The notes: generated from the letters alone by a model not told the origin. DNA of 64,000 bases from Phaeosaccion multiseriatum (GCA_965112735.1 OZ218960.1:1736001-1800000); one strand, 5' to 3'. Positions 36,891-50,060 are shown, counted from the first letter of the stretch. Numbers and translations: made by a program.

Positions 36891-39389
36891 GCCTCCTCCT
36901 CCATACCCCCCTCCTCCACCTCCCCCGTACCTCCCTCCTCCTCCTCCTCCTCCTCCCCCATATCCACCACCACCACCCCCTCCTCCTCCCCTGTAGCCTC
37001 CTCCTCCTCCCCCCCCCCTTCCTCCTCCCCTTCCTCCTCCTCGGCGACCGAACTTGGGCATCGTACTACCGTACTGCCCATTGCCCTGCGGCGCCATGCG
37101 GTCTCCATGGAAATACTCGAGGGGCCCCTTCACCTTACTTGGCACAGACACCTCCAAGTCAGCAAACATACGCACCACCCCACCACCCCGCTGCCGTGCC
37201 AAGGCCAGTCGACTCGGCTGCCGCCCGTCCTCCTCAGACAGTCCAACATCAGGATCTTCATGCTCCCCATCGTAACCAGCCCCGTTCTCACCACCGAGCT
37301 CCACGCCCGCCATCTCCGTTTGGAAGGCATCCACCGCGGCCAACAAGGCATCCGCTGCCCCTTGCGGAAGGTCCACAATGACCCCTCCTCTGGCCCGACG
37401 CATCGGCCCCAGATGTTGCGTGAGTTTAGGGTCGGCAGCGTGCACAATCTGCTGCACATCCCTCTCGCTCTTCATCATGCTTCCCGTGAGCAGCACCGAC
37501 TTGACGCCCCGCTTGCCGTCCAGGATGGAGTAGCTGCCCGCGGGGGGGGGACCGTCGCCTCCCATGCTTCCCATCAGTGACATGCATGAAGAGACGGTGC
37601 GCAACACCTCCCGTGGGTATTCTGGTGCTGCTGCTACTTGACCCTCCGGGTCAACACCATCCATGCCCTTCGGAGGAAGGAGGGAGGGAGGGTTGGGATG
37701 TGGGGAGGGCGGGTTGAGCAGTAGTAGGTGAGGCCCTACATGCGGGCGAGGCGAGACGGAAGAGACAGCCGGACCAGTAGAGAAGAAAACTAGGATAGCA
37801 CCCCCAACCCATCACTCTCTGCCGTGAGGATGACTGACAGCCACGACGCACGCAAGCACGCACACACACACACACACATACACGCACCCACACATACCCA
37901 CGCACCTTGGGCTTTCCCTTCTGCTGGAGTCCCTTGCGCATTCTCTCGAGCAGCTCTTGTGCTTTGGCTTCGTACACCTTGCTGCCCGACAACGGCACCG
38001 ACAAGATGCTCCTCGACACCGCCTCAAAAGTCGCCGTCACGGCCGCGTCTGCTCCAGGGGGGGACATGCGATAGGAAGCAAAGTCGTACTCCCTCTCCAG
38101 ACTCAGCACCTCATGCTCCTCTCGCCCCGTCACCAGCACCACGTTGATGCCCTGCTTGCCCGCCCGACCCGTCCGTCCAGACCGATGCACAAAGCCCTCT
38201 TGCTCGGTAGGGAGACGGTAGTGGACCACCATCTCTACATTGGGAATGTCGAGGCCTCGAGCCGCCACGTCGGTTGCTACCACAACCTTTGTCTGCCCTC
38301 CTCGGAAGCGACCCAGTGTGCGCTCTCTGGCCGCCTGCGAGAGTCCTCCGTGAAGGGCCTCTGCTCCGAGGCGTTTCATACCAGGGTTGTTGGTGAGGTT
38401 GTCCACTTCGGCTTTGGTCTGGGTGAAGACAATGGTACGCATGCCTGAGGGTAGGTGGGTGGTTGTGGGTAGCAAGAAAGAGGAAAGTGAGTAGTCAAGA
38501 TGGGAAGGGAGTGAAGTGAAGTGATGAGGGTGAGCCGAGTTTGTTCGTGGAAGTTCAGGGTTGCATGTCGAAAGAGAGAGAAGAGAGGGAGGGGGGAGGG
38601 AAGGAGGGAGGGAGAGAAGGCGGGAGGGGGTAGGCAGAGAAGTCAGAGAGAGCGAGCGCGGCGGGGAGGGGCAGAGGCCCAAAGCAAAAGCCACAGGGCA
38701 GAGGATGTAATGCAAATACGCTCAACCTACTTGAATCACGAACCATCATCCCTCACTCACTCACTCACTCCCCCACTCATTCACCCACGCACCCACCCAC
38801 TCACCCTTTCCATAAGTACCACACACGAGGCCCAGCGCCTCCTCCCTGCCTCGCGGCTCCACCGCAATGGTCCAGTGCTCAATGGTGTTGGGTATCTTGG
38901 AGTCATCATCCCCAACCAAATCCACCAACACTGGATCGTTGAGGTACTTGTTAGCCAGCTTGTACACCCACTTGGGCATTGTGGCCGACCAGAGCATGTT
39001 TTGCCTCTCCTCACGAGGGGGCATGGCGTTGAAGATTGTCTCCACGTCGTCTTGGAAACCCATCTTGAGCATCATATCGGCTTCGTCCAAGACGGAGTAC
39101 TGAATGGCAGAGAGGTCCAGCGCCCCTTGCTGAATGAGGTCAATCACACGGCCTGGTGTGCCCACCACGATGTCTACTCCATTCCTGGTTTGACATGAGA
39201 GAGAAGCGAGAGAGAAGAGAGAGAAGGGAGAGAGAAGAGAGAGTGAGAGGAGGGTAGGGGTAGGAGAGAAGGGCAGAGAGAGATGGAGTCGGGGCAGAAG
39301 AAATAAGGAGAGGGGGGCAGAGACGCGGTAAAAGGAGAGCGGGGGTGAAGTGCAAGCAAGGGCAGCAGCAGCAACCACAACAACAACAG

Positions 39390-39457
<68 letters not shown>

Positions 39458-40271
39458 TTTCTCCCCACCGCCCAACCCACCTGAGTGCGCCAAACTGCGG
39501 CCCCAAGGGGGTCCCACCATATAGGCTGAGGGTGGACAGGTTGGGTGCCACACGGGCGAACTCGTTCTCTACTTGCTTGGCCAGCTCCCTCGTGGGTGCG
39601 AGAACGATGGCTCGCGGAATGCGCCCGGGTCGGCCTTTTGGGCTCCATCCCCCTTGCTCCTGCAGTGCGTCCCGTTCAAAATTTTCAACGATGGGAAGTG
39701 CAAAGCCCAGCGTCTTGCCGCTGCCCGTTCTGGACTTGCACAGCACGTCCTTGCCGTCCATGACGGTCTTGAAAGTCTCCGCCTGCACGGGGAAGAGGGA
39801 GGCCACGCCGACTTTGCGCAGTCGGTCTGACAGGCGAGGAGTGAGGTCGAAGTGCTCTAAGTCTGTGGCAGTCGAGCTAACATCTTCTTCGCTGCTTCCA
39901 TATCCGTCTTCCACAAAAGCCTGCTGCGACCGAGCCGTGCCTGAAGTAGAAAAGGAGCGGTACAGAAGCAGGGCCGTGCTCCTTCGCAAGCTCGCTTCTG
40001 ACCCCAGAGACGAGCCTTCGACACTGCTCCTAGCCCTGCTGCTACTGCTGCCACCGCTTAATAGCTGCTGCTGCTGGTGGAATGGATTACTTTGGCTTTG
40101 GCTGACGCTGCTGAGACTGCTGACTGTACCCGGTGCAGATACTCCTACCGAATCTGCACCGAGGGACCTGCCTTCACTCCTGTTTCCCGGCTGTGTGGAG
40201 CTGGTTTGGATGGCGGAAGAGAGGCGGCTCACCCCCGTCCGCGACCGTGTAACAAGCCGCAAGGACAACAT
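36843..40271 (-). CDS. DEAD-box RNA helicase, DDX21/plant RH3-RH9-RH53-like, probable organellar (mitochondrial-type) presequence, G/RGG-rich tail
   Basis: Motifs Q LFPVQ, I SRTGSGKT, Ia PTRELA, Ib TPGR, II DEAD, III SAT, IV IVFTQTK, V ATDVAARGLD and VI HRSGRTGRAG across 4 exons. R/S-rich N-terminus MLSLRLVTRSRTGVSRLSS; GYGGG/RGG tail. Confidence 0.93.
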
Positions 40272-42266
40272 GGCTGCTGGTCCTCTCACCCTTCGCCCCA
40301 GTCAAACCGGGGATTCAGACCGCAGTTAGGGACTCTGGGGGCTCTGTAAATACTAGCAAGATGTTTCCGATGCAGCCCTCCAAAAAGGGGTCCGCTTTGT
40401 TCTTCCTGCTGTGTGTTTTCCTTGTCTTTGCAGACCTGGGCTCCCCGCCGCCGCGTAGATCAGAGCAGTCGAATCCAGTCTTTGGCTTCACAGGTCGTCG
40501 ACACGAAAACCGAACCAAAGTGATTTCCTCGTGTGCCAAAAAAATGAAGCAGGAGAAGAAGGGGCAGCGACACCGCCCTCCTCGTCTAAGTATCGTCAAG
40601 CTCCGACATAACCCTCGGATGCATGCCTCTCTATTGCCTCCCGCCGGACACCATTCCCTTTGCGCGCCCACCTTTCCTCCGAGGCCTCCGCCAACAAATC
40701 TTGAGGAGAGCGGGGTGAAGGATGAGGCGAAAGAGCCTCGATGGCACCGTGAGCTGCGAACGGAGAGAGTCAATGGCCAGTATTCATCGCATCGGGCGAA
40801 GAAGCGGGGCGCGGTCTCTAGGCGAATGCCTTTGGAGCAGGGTGCACCAGTGGCACATCCTCGGCGGGAAACCCCCTTGCAGGTGGCGTTACGGGCAATA
40901 CATGCGGGCTTGGGGGGGGGAGGACCACACCCTGGCCTAGGCCGCCTGACAGATACCGCTGTGCGTGTTGGAGAGGCGAAGTCAGTGTGTGTACGGCCGT
41001 ACGGACCGCGCTTTCCCGACAGTGCTTTTTCAATACCTCTTGTTGGCAGATCGGCGCGTCTGACACGTATGAAACAGCAGCAGCAGCAGCTTTGACACCG
41101 ACACTGAGACCAATACCGGACAAAGGATGAGAGTGCTGGGCCCCTAGCGCCTGAAGTAGCAATGATTTGAATCCCCCAACAGGAAGACAGGAGCCTTAGA
41201 GGACACCGTAGAAACGAAGAGCGACCTTTTCCCGACTCCAAGAATGCTACTGAAATAACACGCGGAGTGCCCAGCAGGCTTTCCAGCGCTCGACCGCAGC
41301 CGATCCGATCAAGACAAGTGAAGAGAGGCTTGCCCCCCCCGCCCAATCGGGAGGGGTGCTGCTGGACGACAGATATAGGGGCAGAGCGGAGAGGGGCGGA
41401 GAGGAGGAGTGGAGACGAGAGGCGGCACGATGTGGCGAAGAGGAGATACGAAAACAGCCCCACTCGCAGCCGGAGTGGGGCTGTCGCGCGGTACCTGGCT
41501 GGATCCGACGGCGAGGAGTCGTGAGAAGAGATGAGAGACAAGAGAACGAGACGACAGGGGATGTTTGGACAGGGAGAGACAAGAGTGAGGGAGAGAGAAA
41601 GAGGCAAAGGCAGACAGAGAGAGAGAAGGAGAGAATATACGACAGGGGACTCTTCACCAGAGGCGACGGCTGCACTTCTGAGGCTTCCGCTTGTAATTTG
41701 GAGATGGGACTCTTAAAAAACCAGATAGAAGGGCGGCTGCACTACTGAGGCTCCCCCTTCTACGTGCTACGAATACTCGCCTATGGGAGGGGGGGGTGCG
41801 TCTCAGGAGGGAAAGAGGGTGGCCGGCCTGCTGTGTGAGGAGGCGAGGGGGGAGGGCGTAGCTACCACAGCCAGGCGAGTGATGGAGTGACCTGATGTGA
41901 CCACTGCGGCAGGCAGGGCAGAGCGGAGCAGAGCAGGGGAGGCAGGGTAGGGCAGGCCGGGCAGGGTAGGCTGACGAAGAAGCAGAGTTGCGGGTGAGAG
42001 ACCAAAGCGGGGAGTAGTTTGGGTATCACTCCACTCACTGTGGCTTGATCATGTTGACTGTGGTCGAATATTCTCCCGCGGACCAATCAATAAACTCAAT
42101 AAAGTTACATTACGAATACCTCTGCCGCTCAAAGTCTCATCTTCCAAAGTTCTGGATAGATGGAGAGGGAAGTATACCTGCCTACCCTCTCGAATCACCG
42201 GAGCAGACTGGCGAACCAAAGGGTGGAACTTACGCAATAACCATAGGATGGAACGTACGCAAACCA

Positions 42267-43892
42267 TCAAGTGCTGAAGAGCCTGCAGTAGAGCGAGTCG
42301 TGCCCGCCGCTCAGCAGCTCCAGCAGGGGATTGGTCACCGCTGCAGCCTCCATCGCGACGCCGAGCCGCTGCTCGACCCCGAGTCTCCGGGGCACCGTGC
42401 TGTGCTGCTTCGCCTCACCCTCCGCCTCCACCTTCGCCTCCGCCATATTCCCTTCCTCCTCCCTGCCCCCCTTCGCCGCCGACGCTGTCACTTCGTACTC
42501 AGTTCGCTTAGCTTGCTTTGGAGAAGATAAATCAAGAGAAAGGGCCGCCCCCCCTGCTGCTGCTGCTGCCTTTTCGTCCTTCTCCTCTTCCTCCTCCCCC
42601 CCCTCCGCCTTCTCCTTCCCCTCAAGGCCGTCACGTTCCTCCTCCTCCTCGTCGTCCAGCAGTAGGCTGTCCTGGATTTCAATTTCACTTCTTTCGGAGG
42701 CCTCGATGGCCCCCACCAGCCCCTCGACTCGGAAGCCCATACGCCACTGCATGTTCGCTCCTGCCAGAGGGCCCAGGAGGTTCAGTCTGCAGGCAGAGGA
42801 TATCACGTCTCTGAGCGTCACGAAGAGAAGAGACCTCCGGGCCTTGGCGAGGCTCACACCCACAACGCCGGTGACCAGCCCGTGGACCGTTGCTTGGTGA
42901 CAACATCCCAGCACGGCGGGGGCAGTTGCAGTCATATAGGCAGGAGTAGCAGAAGAAGTAGAAGTGGAAGTGGTACTCGTACTAGCGTTTGCTATAGGGG
43001 TATCACCACCGCCGCCACCACCACCACCACCACCACCACCACCACCACCACCACCACCACCACCACTGCCACTAGCCATAATGTTACTACTGCTACTACT
43101 GCTACCGCGGCTGCTGCTGCTGTTGGTGCTGTTGCTGTTACGATTGGTGCCGTCCCCGAGGGTCTTGCGTGTGCTACTGCTGCTGCTGCTGCTGCCCCCC
43201 CTGCCTGCCCCCGCCTTTGACCTCCTGAGCGCCTCGTCTACCGCCTGAAGCAACATCGCGACGCACAGCCCTGGTGCTACTGTTTCTACTGGTGGTGGTG
43301 GTCGTCCGGAAAAGCCTCCTCCTCCTCCTCCTCCTCCTCCTCCTCCTCCTCCTGGTGCTTCTCCTCCTCCTCGTCCTCCTCCTCCTCCTCCTCCTCCTCC
43401 TCCTCCTCCTCCTCCTCCTCCTTTTGCTTCTGCTTCCGACCCCTTGGGCCGCGTTTCTTTTGGCACGGGACCGAAAGTACTTTTTGAAGCTCGAAGCATG
43501 GCTGCCCCCTGGGCCATTGAGGCACGCGCGGCGACGTGGTTGCCCACAAGTCGAGTACCCAATGCTCGATCCACACGCAGCCACTCTTTGGCCAGATCTG
43601 CGAGGACGGCGGAGGATGGAAGGGAGGGGAGAGCCGCCGCTCGGGCACCAATGTCATGAGCAGCGGAGAGGAAGGGAAGAAGCAGGGAGGAGGCTTGCTG
43701 CAAAGCCTCGACAGCGAACCAGTCCAGAGAGGACACGTCTTGCTGTCCTGCTCTTGCGCCTCTTCCCCCGTCTGCAGGTTGCACTAACTTCGCTTGCGCC
43801 GCTGCTTCCAGCCCATTGGAATGGCTGAAGCCTCCCGTGGGGAATGTCGCATCGACGATCTGCCACAGGAGAAGGTCAGGACACATTTCCAT
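42267..43892 (-). CDS. ureF: Urease accessory protein UreF, single exon with low-complexity insertions
   Basis: LWQIVDATFPTGGFSHSNGLEAA, RASMAQG, CHQATVHG, LRDVISSACRLNLLGP, PLLELLSGGHDSLYCRLFST*. Confidence 0.95.
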   Translation of the reverse strand: MEMCPDLLLWQIVDATFPTGGFSHSNGLEAAAQAKLVQPADGGRGARAGQQDVSSLDWFAVEALQQASSLLLPFLSAAHDIGARAAALPSLPSSAVLADLAKEWLRVDRALGTRLVGNHVAARASMAQGAAMLRASKSTFGPVPKETRPKGSEAEAKGGGGGGGGGGGGGGGGRGGGEAPGGGGGGGGGGGGGFSGRPPPPVETVAPGLCVAMLLQAVDEALRRSKAGAGRGGSSSSSSSTRKTLGDGTNRNSNSTNSSSSRGSSSSSSNIMASGSGGGGGGGGGGGGGGGGGGGGDTPIANASTSTTSTSTSSATPAYMTATAPAVLGCCHQATVHGLVTGVVGVSLAKARRSLLFVTLRDVISSACRLNLLGPLAGANMQWRMGFRVEGLVGAIEASERSEIEIQDSLLLDDEEEEERDGLEGKEKAEGGEEEEEKDEKAAAAAGGAALSLDLSSPKQAKRTEYEVTASAAKGGREEEGNMAEAKVEAEGEAKQHSTVPRRLGVEQRLGVAMEAAAVTNPLLELLSGGHDSLYCRLFST

Positions 43893-44149
43893 AGGTGGAC
43901 TCAAAAGGCCAGTCAATAAGTACGGCTTCCAGGACACACACTCCCAGGCAAAAGAGGCAGAGACCTCTCTTTAAGAGCGCGAGTGGGAGAGGGCGGCCGG
44001 AAAAGATATTGTTGACTTACTGAGACTTCCCCCTTTCCTTCACCTTTCTTCTCTTGATCAAGGGCAACTCATGCTCGCTCGGCTTGTGCACTTGCGCAGC
44101 GGATAGTAGCACTAGCAGCAGGAGCTTCAGCACGAGGAGGGAAAGTGGC

Positions 44150-44182
<33 letters not shown>

Positions 44183-44218
44183 CAAGACGGCGACTAGAAA
44201 GGAAAAAAAGAAGGAGAG

Positions 44219-47200
44219 ATGGACTTTGCCCTTGTTGTGAGACTGGAAGCGCATGTGCCGCTTGCTGGGGTGGCTGGTGCCGGTGATGTAGGAAGCCTTA
44301 TCCTCCCGGTGGTCTCCTGCGAGGGCCGCGCTCGAGTCCAGCTTCCCAGCAACGCATCCCTTCTCGCTGTATCACTCGAAGAGGTGGGCGAGGATGATCA
44401 TAGGTGCCTCCGGCTGAAGCAGCTGAAGGAGGGCGGGACTGTGGAAGAGGGAACGGTGCTGATGGTATCCGTGTCACCACAGAAGGAGGAGGAGGTCGAA
44501 ATCATGCTCTGTAGCCATCCTTCCCCAGCAGGAGGAGGAGACACGAGCACCGCACCCGAAGCACAGGCGATGCGCTTGACTGTTTCCCCAAGCCTCCCAG
44601 GTACTGAATCGGATTGTGCACGACGAAGTCTGGCCATTAGGAGGAAAGAAGTCATCGTCTTTGGGACGACCTTCGCATTACTTGCCACCCTTCGTTGAAG
44701 CCCTCCCCTTATTACCCCTCCCTCGTAGCTCCACCCTGAATCGATTGAGCCCACTTGCCGCTCTCGCGGCACCTGCCATGGCGTGTAAGTTTGTAGTGCC
44801 TACTACTGCTGTAGCTCCTGCTTCATCTTGTGGTTTTGTTGAATTGCTCACCAAGTTCTCCCCCCCCCCCTCCCACTCCTCTCCTCTGTTGTCATCGTGC
44901 TCCATCCCCTCCCCAGCTGTGCGAGTAGAGGGAGGAGGAGGAGGAGGAGGAGGAGGAGGGGGAGGAGGAGCAGCAGCAGGGGAAGCCGTGTCCTGTGCAC
45001 GCAACGTCCATGTCCATCACAACCATAACCACGACCACCACCACGGACATCAGCACGGGGATGGTGACCAAGACCACGGCACTCACGCCCACACCCCTCC
45101 CCCACCCTCTCCCCCTCCGAGTGACGGCGAGCAACAGCAGCAGCAGAAGGAGGAGGAGGGGGGGCTCACCAGGCAGCACCAGGGGCAGCCTCGGCAAGGC
45201 CTGGAGTACTTTATCGACAGAGAGGGGCGTTTGCTGCACTCCCACGACGGACTCAAGCCGCACAGGCATGACCCAGGCAAGTTGGTTCACGACGCACGCA
45301 TACCACCACAGACCGTGTGTGTGACGTTTTCCTTGTCGATTCGTCTCTTGTTTCTCAGCATGGAAAGCAAAGGACATTGATTCACTTGCACCTTGCACCT
45401 CCTCGCGCGTCCTTTCCTTCGCCGCCCCTCTCTTCTCGCTCCCTCTCTTTCTTGCTTTGTTTCCCCATCCTTCTCTCTGTCCCCTCTTTCTCTCACCGGC
45501 TCTCTCTGTCCCCTCCTCTTTTTCCCTCTTCTCTGTCACCGTCCTCCCACAACCCCCCTGTTCCCTCCCTCCCCCCACACCCTCACCCCCCGCTACCCTC
45601 TTCCCTCTCTCTCCTCCCCCCCCCCAACACCCGCCCTCTGAACCTTCAAACATATCCTCCTCAGTTTCAGTTTACTGACCCCGACCACTGCCGAGAACCA
45701 ATAGATCGATATTGCTGATCGATATTTCAATCCTCTTCTTGGTTAAGGTCTAATGAACTATCCCTATCCCATCCCTACCACCCTTACCACCATCCAGTGC
45801 CATCTCCGGGCGAGTTTGAGAGCCGAGCTCGGCCAGTGAGCCGGACCTTCGACGACCGAGCCTTCACGGTGGGTATTGGAGGCCCTGTAGGGACTGGCAA
45901 GACAGCCTTGTTACTCTCTCTGTGTAAGGCCTTTCGAGACAATTTCAGCATCGCCGTCGTCACGAACGACATCTTCACAAAGGTTGGTCGTATGTTTACA
46001 CCCTTACATCTCCCATTTAACAACAGTTACTTGCGCGTCAACGGACTCTCTTTGTGCGTTCATTGCTCTCCCCGTGGCGCCCTCCTCTCACTCCTCTCTT
46101 CCCTCTCATTCCTCGCCCGACTCTTTTCCCTCCCTTCTCTCCCTTCCCTCTCTTCCCCCCTCTCCTTCCCTCTATCCCCCTCCCTCCTCCCCTACGTTCG
46201 TGCGTTTGCGTGCGCGCGCGCGTGTGTGTGTATGCGTGTGTGCGTGTGTGTGTGCGTGTGTGCATGATTGCCACTAGGAGGATTGTGAGTTTCTCCATCG
46301 GAATCACGCCCTTCCTGCAGAGCGTATTCGAGCCCTGGAGACGGGAGGGTGCCCCCACGCCGCAATCAGGGAAGATATTAGCGGCAATCTCACGGTGAGT
46401 GGGTGGGAGGCGGAAACGGTGGGTGGGTGGGCGAGGGGCGAGTGGCAAGGAGAGCATAGCAATAGCCACGCGCTCGCTGTGACTGCGATCGGTATTGGAT
46501 CCTCTTGATGGGGTCTCTAGATGGGGTTTTCCTGTGGTCAAGACTCCCAGAAAGCCATGGGAAGGAGAGGGGGGGAAGATATTTATATTTTTATGTTCAT
46601 TCTCCTGCCTTTCCGCTCTTCCCCCAACCCAACCCTACACACAGGTCCTCGAAGATCTCACTGCTGAGTTCTCTCCTGACTTCCTCCTCACGGAGTCAGG
46701 GGGAGACAATCTCGCGGCCAATTACAGCAGAGAGCTCGCAGACTTCATCATATACGTGAGATTATGTACCGTCATGATGGATGGATGCCTGGTTGGATGG
46801 AATGACGGAGGGATGGATGGATGGATGGATGGATGGATGGCCTGCCTACCCACATGCCTTCCTAGTGCCGTCCTGCTCATACTCATATGCCTGCCTACCC
46901 ATGCCTATATTACTTGTGACCAAACCTTGATGCTGCTGCAGGTCATTGACGTGTGTGGAGGCGACAAGATCCCCCGGAAGGGAGGGCCGGGCATCACACA
47001 AGCGGACCTGCTTGTCATCAACAAGACAGAGCTGGCGGAGGCTGTAGGGGCGGACTTGGGAGTCATGGCGAGGGACTGCCTCGTCGTCAGAGGAGAGGGG
47101 CCCGTCGTGTTTGGACAGGTCAGTTGGAGTTTCAGTGAGCCGGTTTATTGCCATTGGAGTTGGAGGTGGAGTTTTTTTGTCTATCCAATGCAACTTTGGA

Positions 47201-47461
47201 CTACTGTGGCTGCCTGGGCCTTTCTTTCCCTTGGGCAGTGTTCGTAGTCTTGGTACAGTTGTCTCGGTCTTTCGGTATCGTCTTGATGGAAGCCCTTAAA
47301 ATGCAACTGAAACTGTTACCGCAACGAAGCTCATCGACACGCGCACTCGTTATGACCCTCGTTATCACCATGTATCATGTGTATCTCAGGTGAAAAAGGG
47401 CGTTGGCGTGGGTGAGATAGCTAAGCAAATCGTCGCGGCGTGGACGCAGGCCACCAAATAG
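44219..47461 (+). CDS. ureG: Urease accessory GTPase UreG with His-rich segment and probable extra N-terminal region
   Basis: [13 protein letters not shown]|[29 protein letters not shown]|[58 protein letters not shown]; stop TAG at 47459-47461. Linking exon 44219-44600 to the His-rich exon (via intron 44601-44916) is inferred. Confidence 0.92.
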
Positions 47462-47935
47462 TCGCAGCAGGGCAGGAACGAGGACGAGGAGGAGGAGGAG
47501 GAGGAGGAGGAGGAGGAGGAGGAGGTGGTGGTGGAGGAGGAGGACAAGGACGAGGAGGAGGACGAGGACAAGGACGAGGAGGAGGAGGTGGAGGAGGAGG
47601 AGGAGGAGGAGGAGGAGGAGGAGGAGGTATCGTGATATGTAAGGCTTCTATTGTGTTGTGTTGGGGAAGACTTGGAAGGAGGGGCAGAGCAGAGTGCCCC
47701 ACCGCCACCGCTGCTGCTGCTGCTGCTGCTGCTGCAGCGCCACCCCCAAGTCAAGTGGACAGAAGCGAACCACAACGGACTGTCAAAAGAAGAATACAAA
47801 ACACCCAAAAGACATGTCGTGATTGTGGCGTGTGTGTGTCTTTGCTCAGTTCTTCTTCTTCTTCCTCCATCTTCTTCCTCTATCCTCTCCCTCTTCTTGC
47901 TTCTTCTCCTCGCCCCCCTCCGTGCACCGTTAGGC

Positions 47936-49565
47936 CTACGTGGGCAGCATTCCCTCTGTGAGCTGAAGTATCCGCTCCTCCTCCAGCATGTCCTTCGCAG
48001 CAAGGCCCATCTCCACACTCCTCCCATACACTTGCACCACACCCTCCGGCGTGATGACCGCACACACCTGTCGCAGTGCCCATATAGCGTTCCTCACACG
48101 GCAGATGCGCTCCCTCTCCTCCCTCGTTACCGGAGTTTCTGCATGCTTCCGCCGCATCTCCATTAGCACCTCCACCTTCGGCATTCCTCCGTCTCCTCCT
48201 CCGTCCCCGCCCCCCTCCTTGCCTCCCTTGCCGCCTTCTCCACCCCCTCCCTCCACGTCCATACTTCGGCTGATCCAGATGTAACCGTTGTTTCCGAGGA
48301 TGATGTCCACCCCGATGTCCGGCAACGCGATAAAGTGCTGCTTGAGGCGTCTTACCAGCACCTGGAGCGTGGATTGCAGTGGATGGTTAGGTTAGGTGGG
48401 TAGGTGGGGGGGGAGGGTAGGGGGAGCCGGCAAGCAGGCAAACGCTCATTGTAGGAGGTGTACACATGCTGTCACGCTGAGAACAGTGCCGTAGCAGGAG
48501 CAGCAGTAGTTACTCCTCCTCCTCCTCCTCCTCCTCCTGCTCCTCCTCCTCCTGCTCCTCCTCCTCCTCCTCCTCCTCCTCCTCCTCTCTACTCACCTGC
48601 GGCACCTCCAACAGCTGGCCGTTCTCAAGCTTCCCGTACTTGAGGCTGCGTGTGTGCAGCGCAATACTCCCGTCCGTGTTGACCTGCTGCACTTCGGCCT
48701 GTAGGAGGGTGGGTAGTAAGTCAATGGGTGGAGGGGTGGGTGGGACGGCGTATGGAGGGTGGGTGTGGGTGGGTGGGTGGGTGGGTTGGAGGGCACTATG
48801 CCATTCAGGAAGCAATCGTATTCAACACGCAGTCACACACTCACGCACTCACACACTCACACACTCACGCTGATGAGATCGTTCTCTTGGAAGTGCGTGC
48901 GCATCTGCAGCTGATCCTCATACGTGCGGATGCGCTGCGCCCCCCCGGGGAGGTTGACGCTGGACAGCTGCAGCACACCTTGCTTGTGGGCAGCCACCTC
49001 CACCTGCACGGAGCAAGATGGGAAGGGAACAGGGAGAGAGTAGAGGAGATGAGAGGAGAGCAGAGACAGGAAGGTTCTACCTGTACATGCATGTAATGCC
49101 CGGCCCGTGGCATGTGTGTACATTACTCTTTACGGAACATCCTTACCTCTCTCTCTGTCTCTATCTCTCCCTTGCGCGCCCTCTCTCTCTTTATCCCCTC
49201 TTACGGGAAATCATCATCTCTTTGTCTCTTTCTCTCTCTCCCTTGCCCGCCCTCCCACACCATCTTTCTCTTACCTTCCACCGCTTGGACCCCACCTCGC
49301 TGATGCGCCCAACGACGAGATCTCCGACCTCACCAATGTACCTTGCCAGGCAGAGAGCACACATGCACACACAGACACACACACGCACAAACACACGACC
49401 GGGCAGAGAGGGGAATACCACGCATACACGTTAATTCACACACACATGTATATATGCACCCATGGCTAGGCCACTTGTAAGATGGAAGCTGTTGCACCAA
49501 ATTCGCGGGATCCTCTCTCGCCGTCCCTCTCGAATCTTGGCGATCCTTCAAACCCCCTTCACTAC

Positions 49566-49611
<46 letters not shown>

Positions 49612-50060
49612 GCTGCTGCTGCTCCTCCTGCTGTTATTGCTGTAAGTGCTGCTAGTGCTGTTTCTTGGTGATGGCCTCCGCACTCGCACACACCCTACCA
49701 CCGCCACCACCACGCCCCATTCCAAAGCCCTTTCCCCTTCCACCCCCTTTGTACTGCACACCTGCTTTTAATGGGCCTGACCGAGATGAGTTTGTTTACC
49801 CTCTCCACCACGCCTGCGACAGCTGCAACGAGCTGTGGCTCAGATGGCTCGTCCCCACCGCTGCTTCCCTCCTTGATGAAGGTCCCATGGCCTCGAATGT
49901 AGCCCCCCTCGCTGGTAATCACTTGGCCCGGCACTACGATAGCCTGCCCCAATCCTGACTCCCACCCTCCTCCTCCTCCTCCTCCTCCTCCTCCTCCTCC
50001 TCCTCCTCCCCGTGGTGCTGCTGCCGGAGCAGCGTGGCGCTCCCCTGCTGTCTCCATCAT
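47936..50060 (-). CDS. RRP4: Exosome complex component RRP4 (EXOSC2), 5 exons
   Basis: VVPGQVIT..YIRGHGT, GVVERVNKLISVRP, RYIGEVGDLVVGRI, LSSVNLPGG, ENDLIS|AEVQ, LHTRSLKYGKLENG, IILGNNGYIWI, RVRNAI. Confidence 0.97.

Noticed and set aside
40315-41607. Overlapping 430-aa (minus) and 244-aa (plus) ORFs upstream of the helicase
   Set aside because: No domain or convincing splice structure, and the plus frame is interrupted by stops. It could be a decayed gene but cannot be supported.
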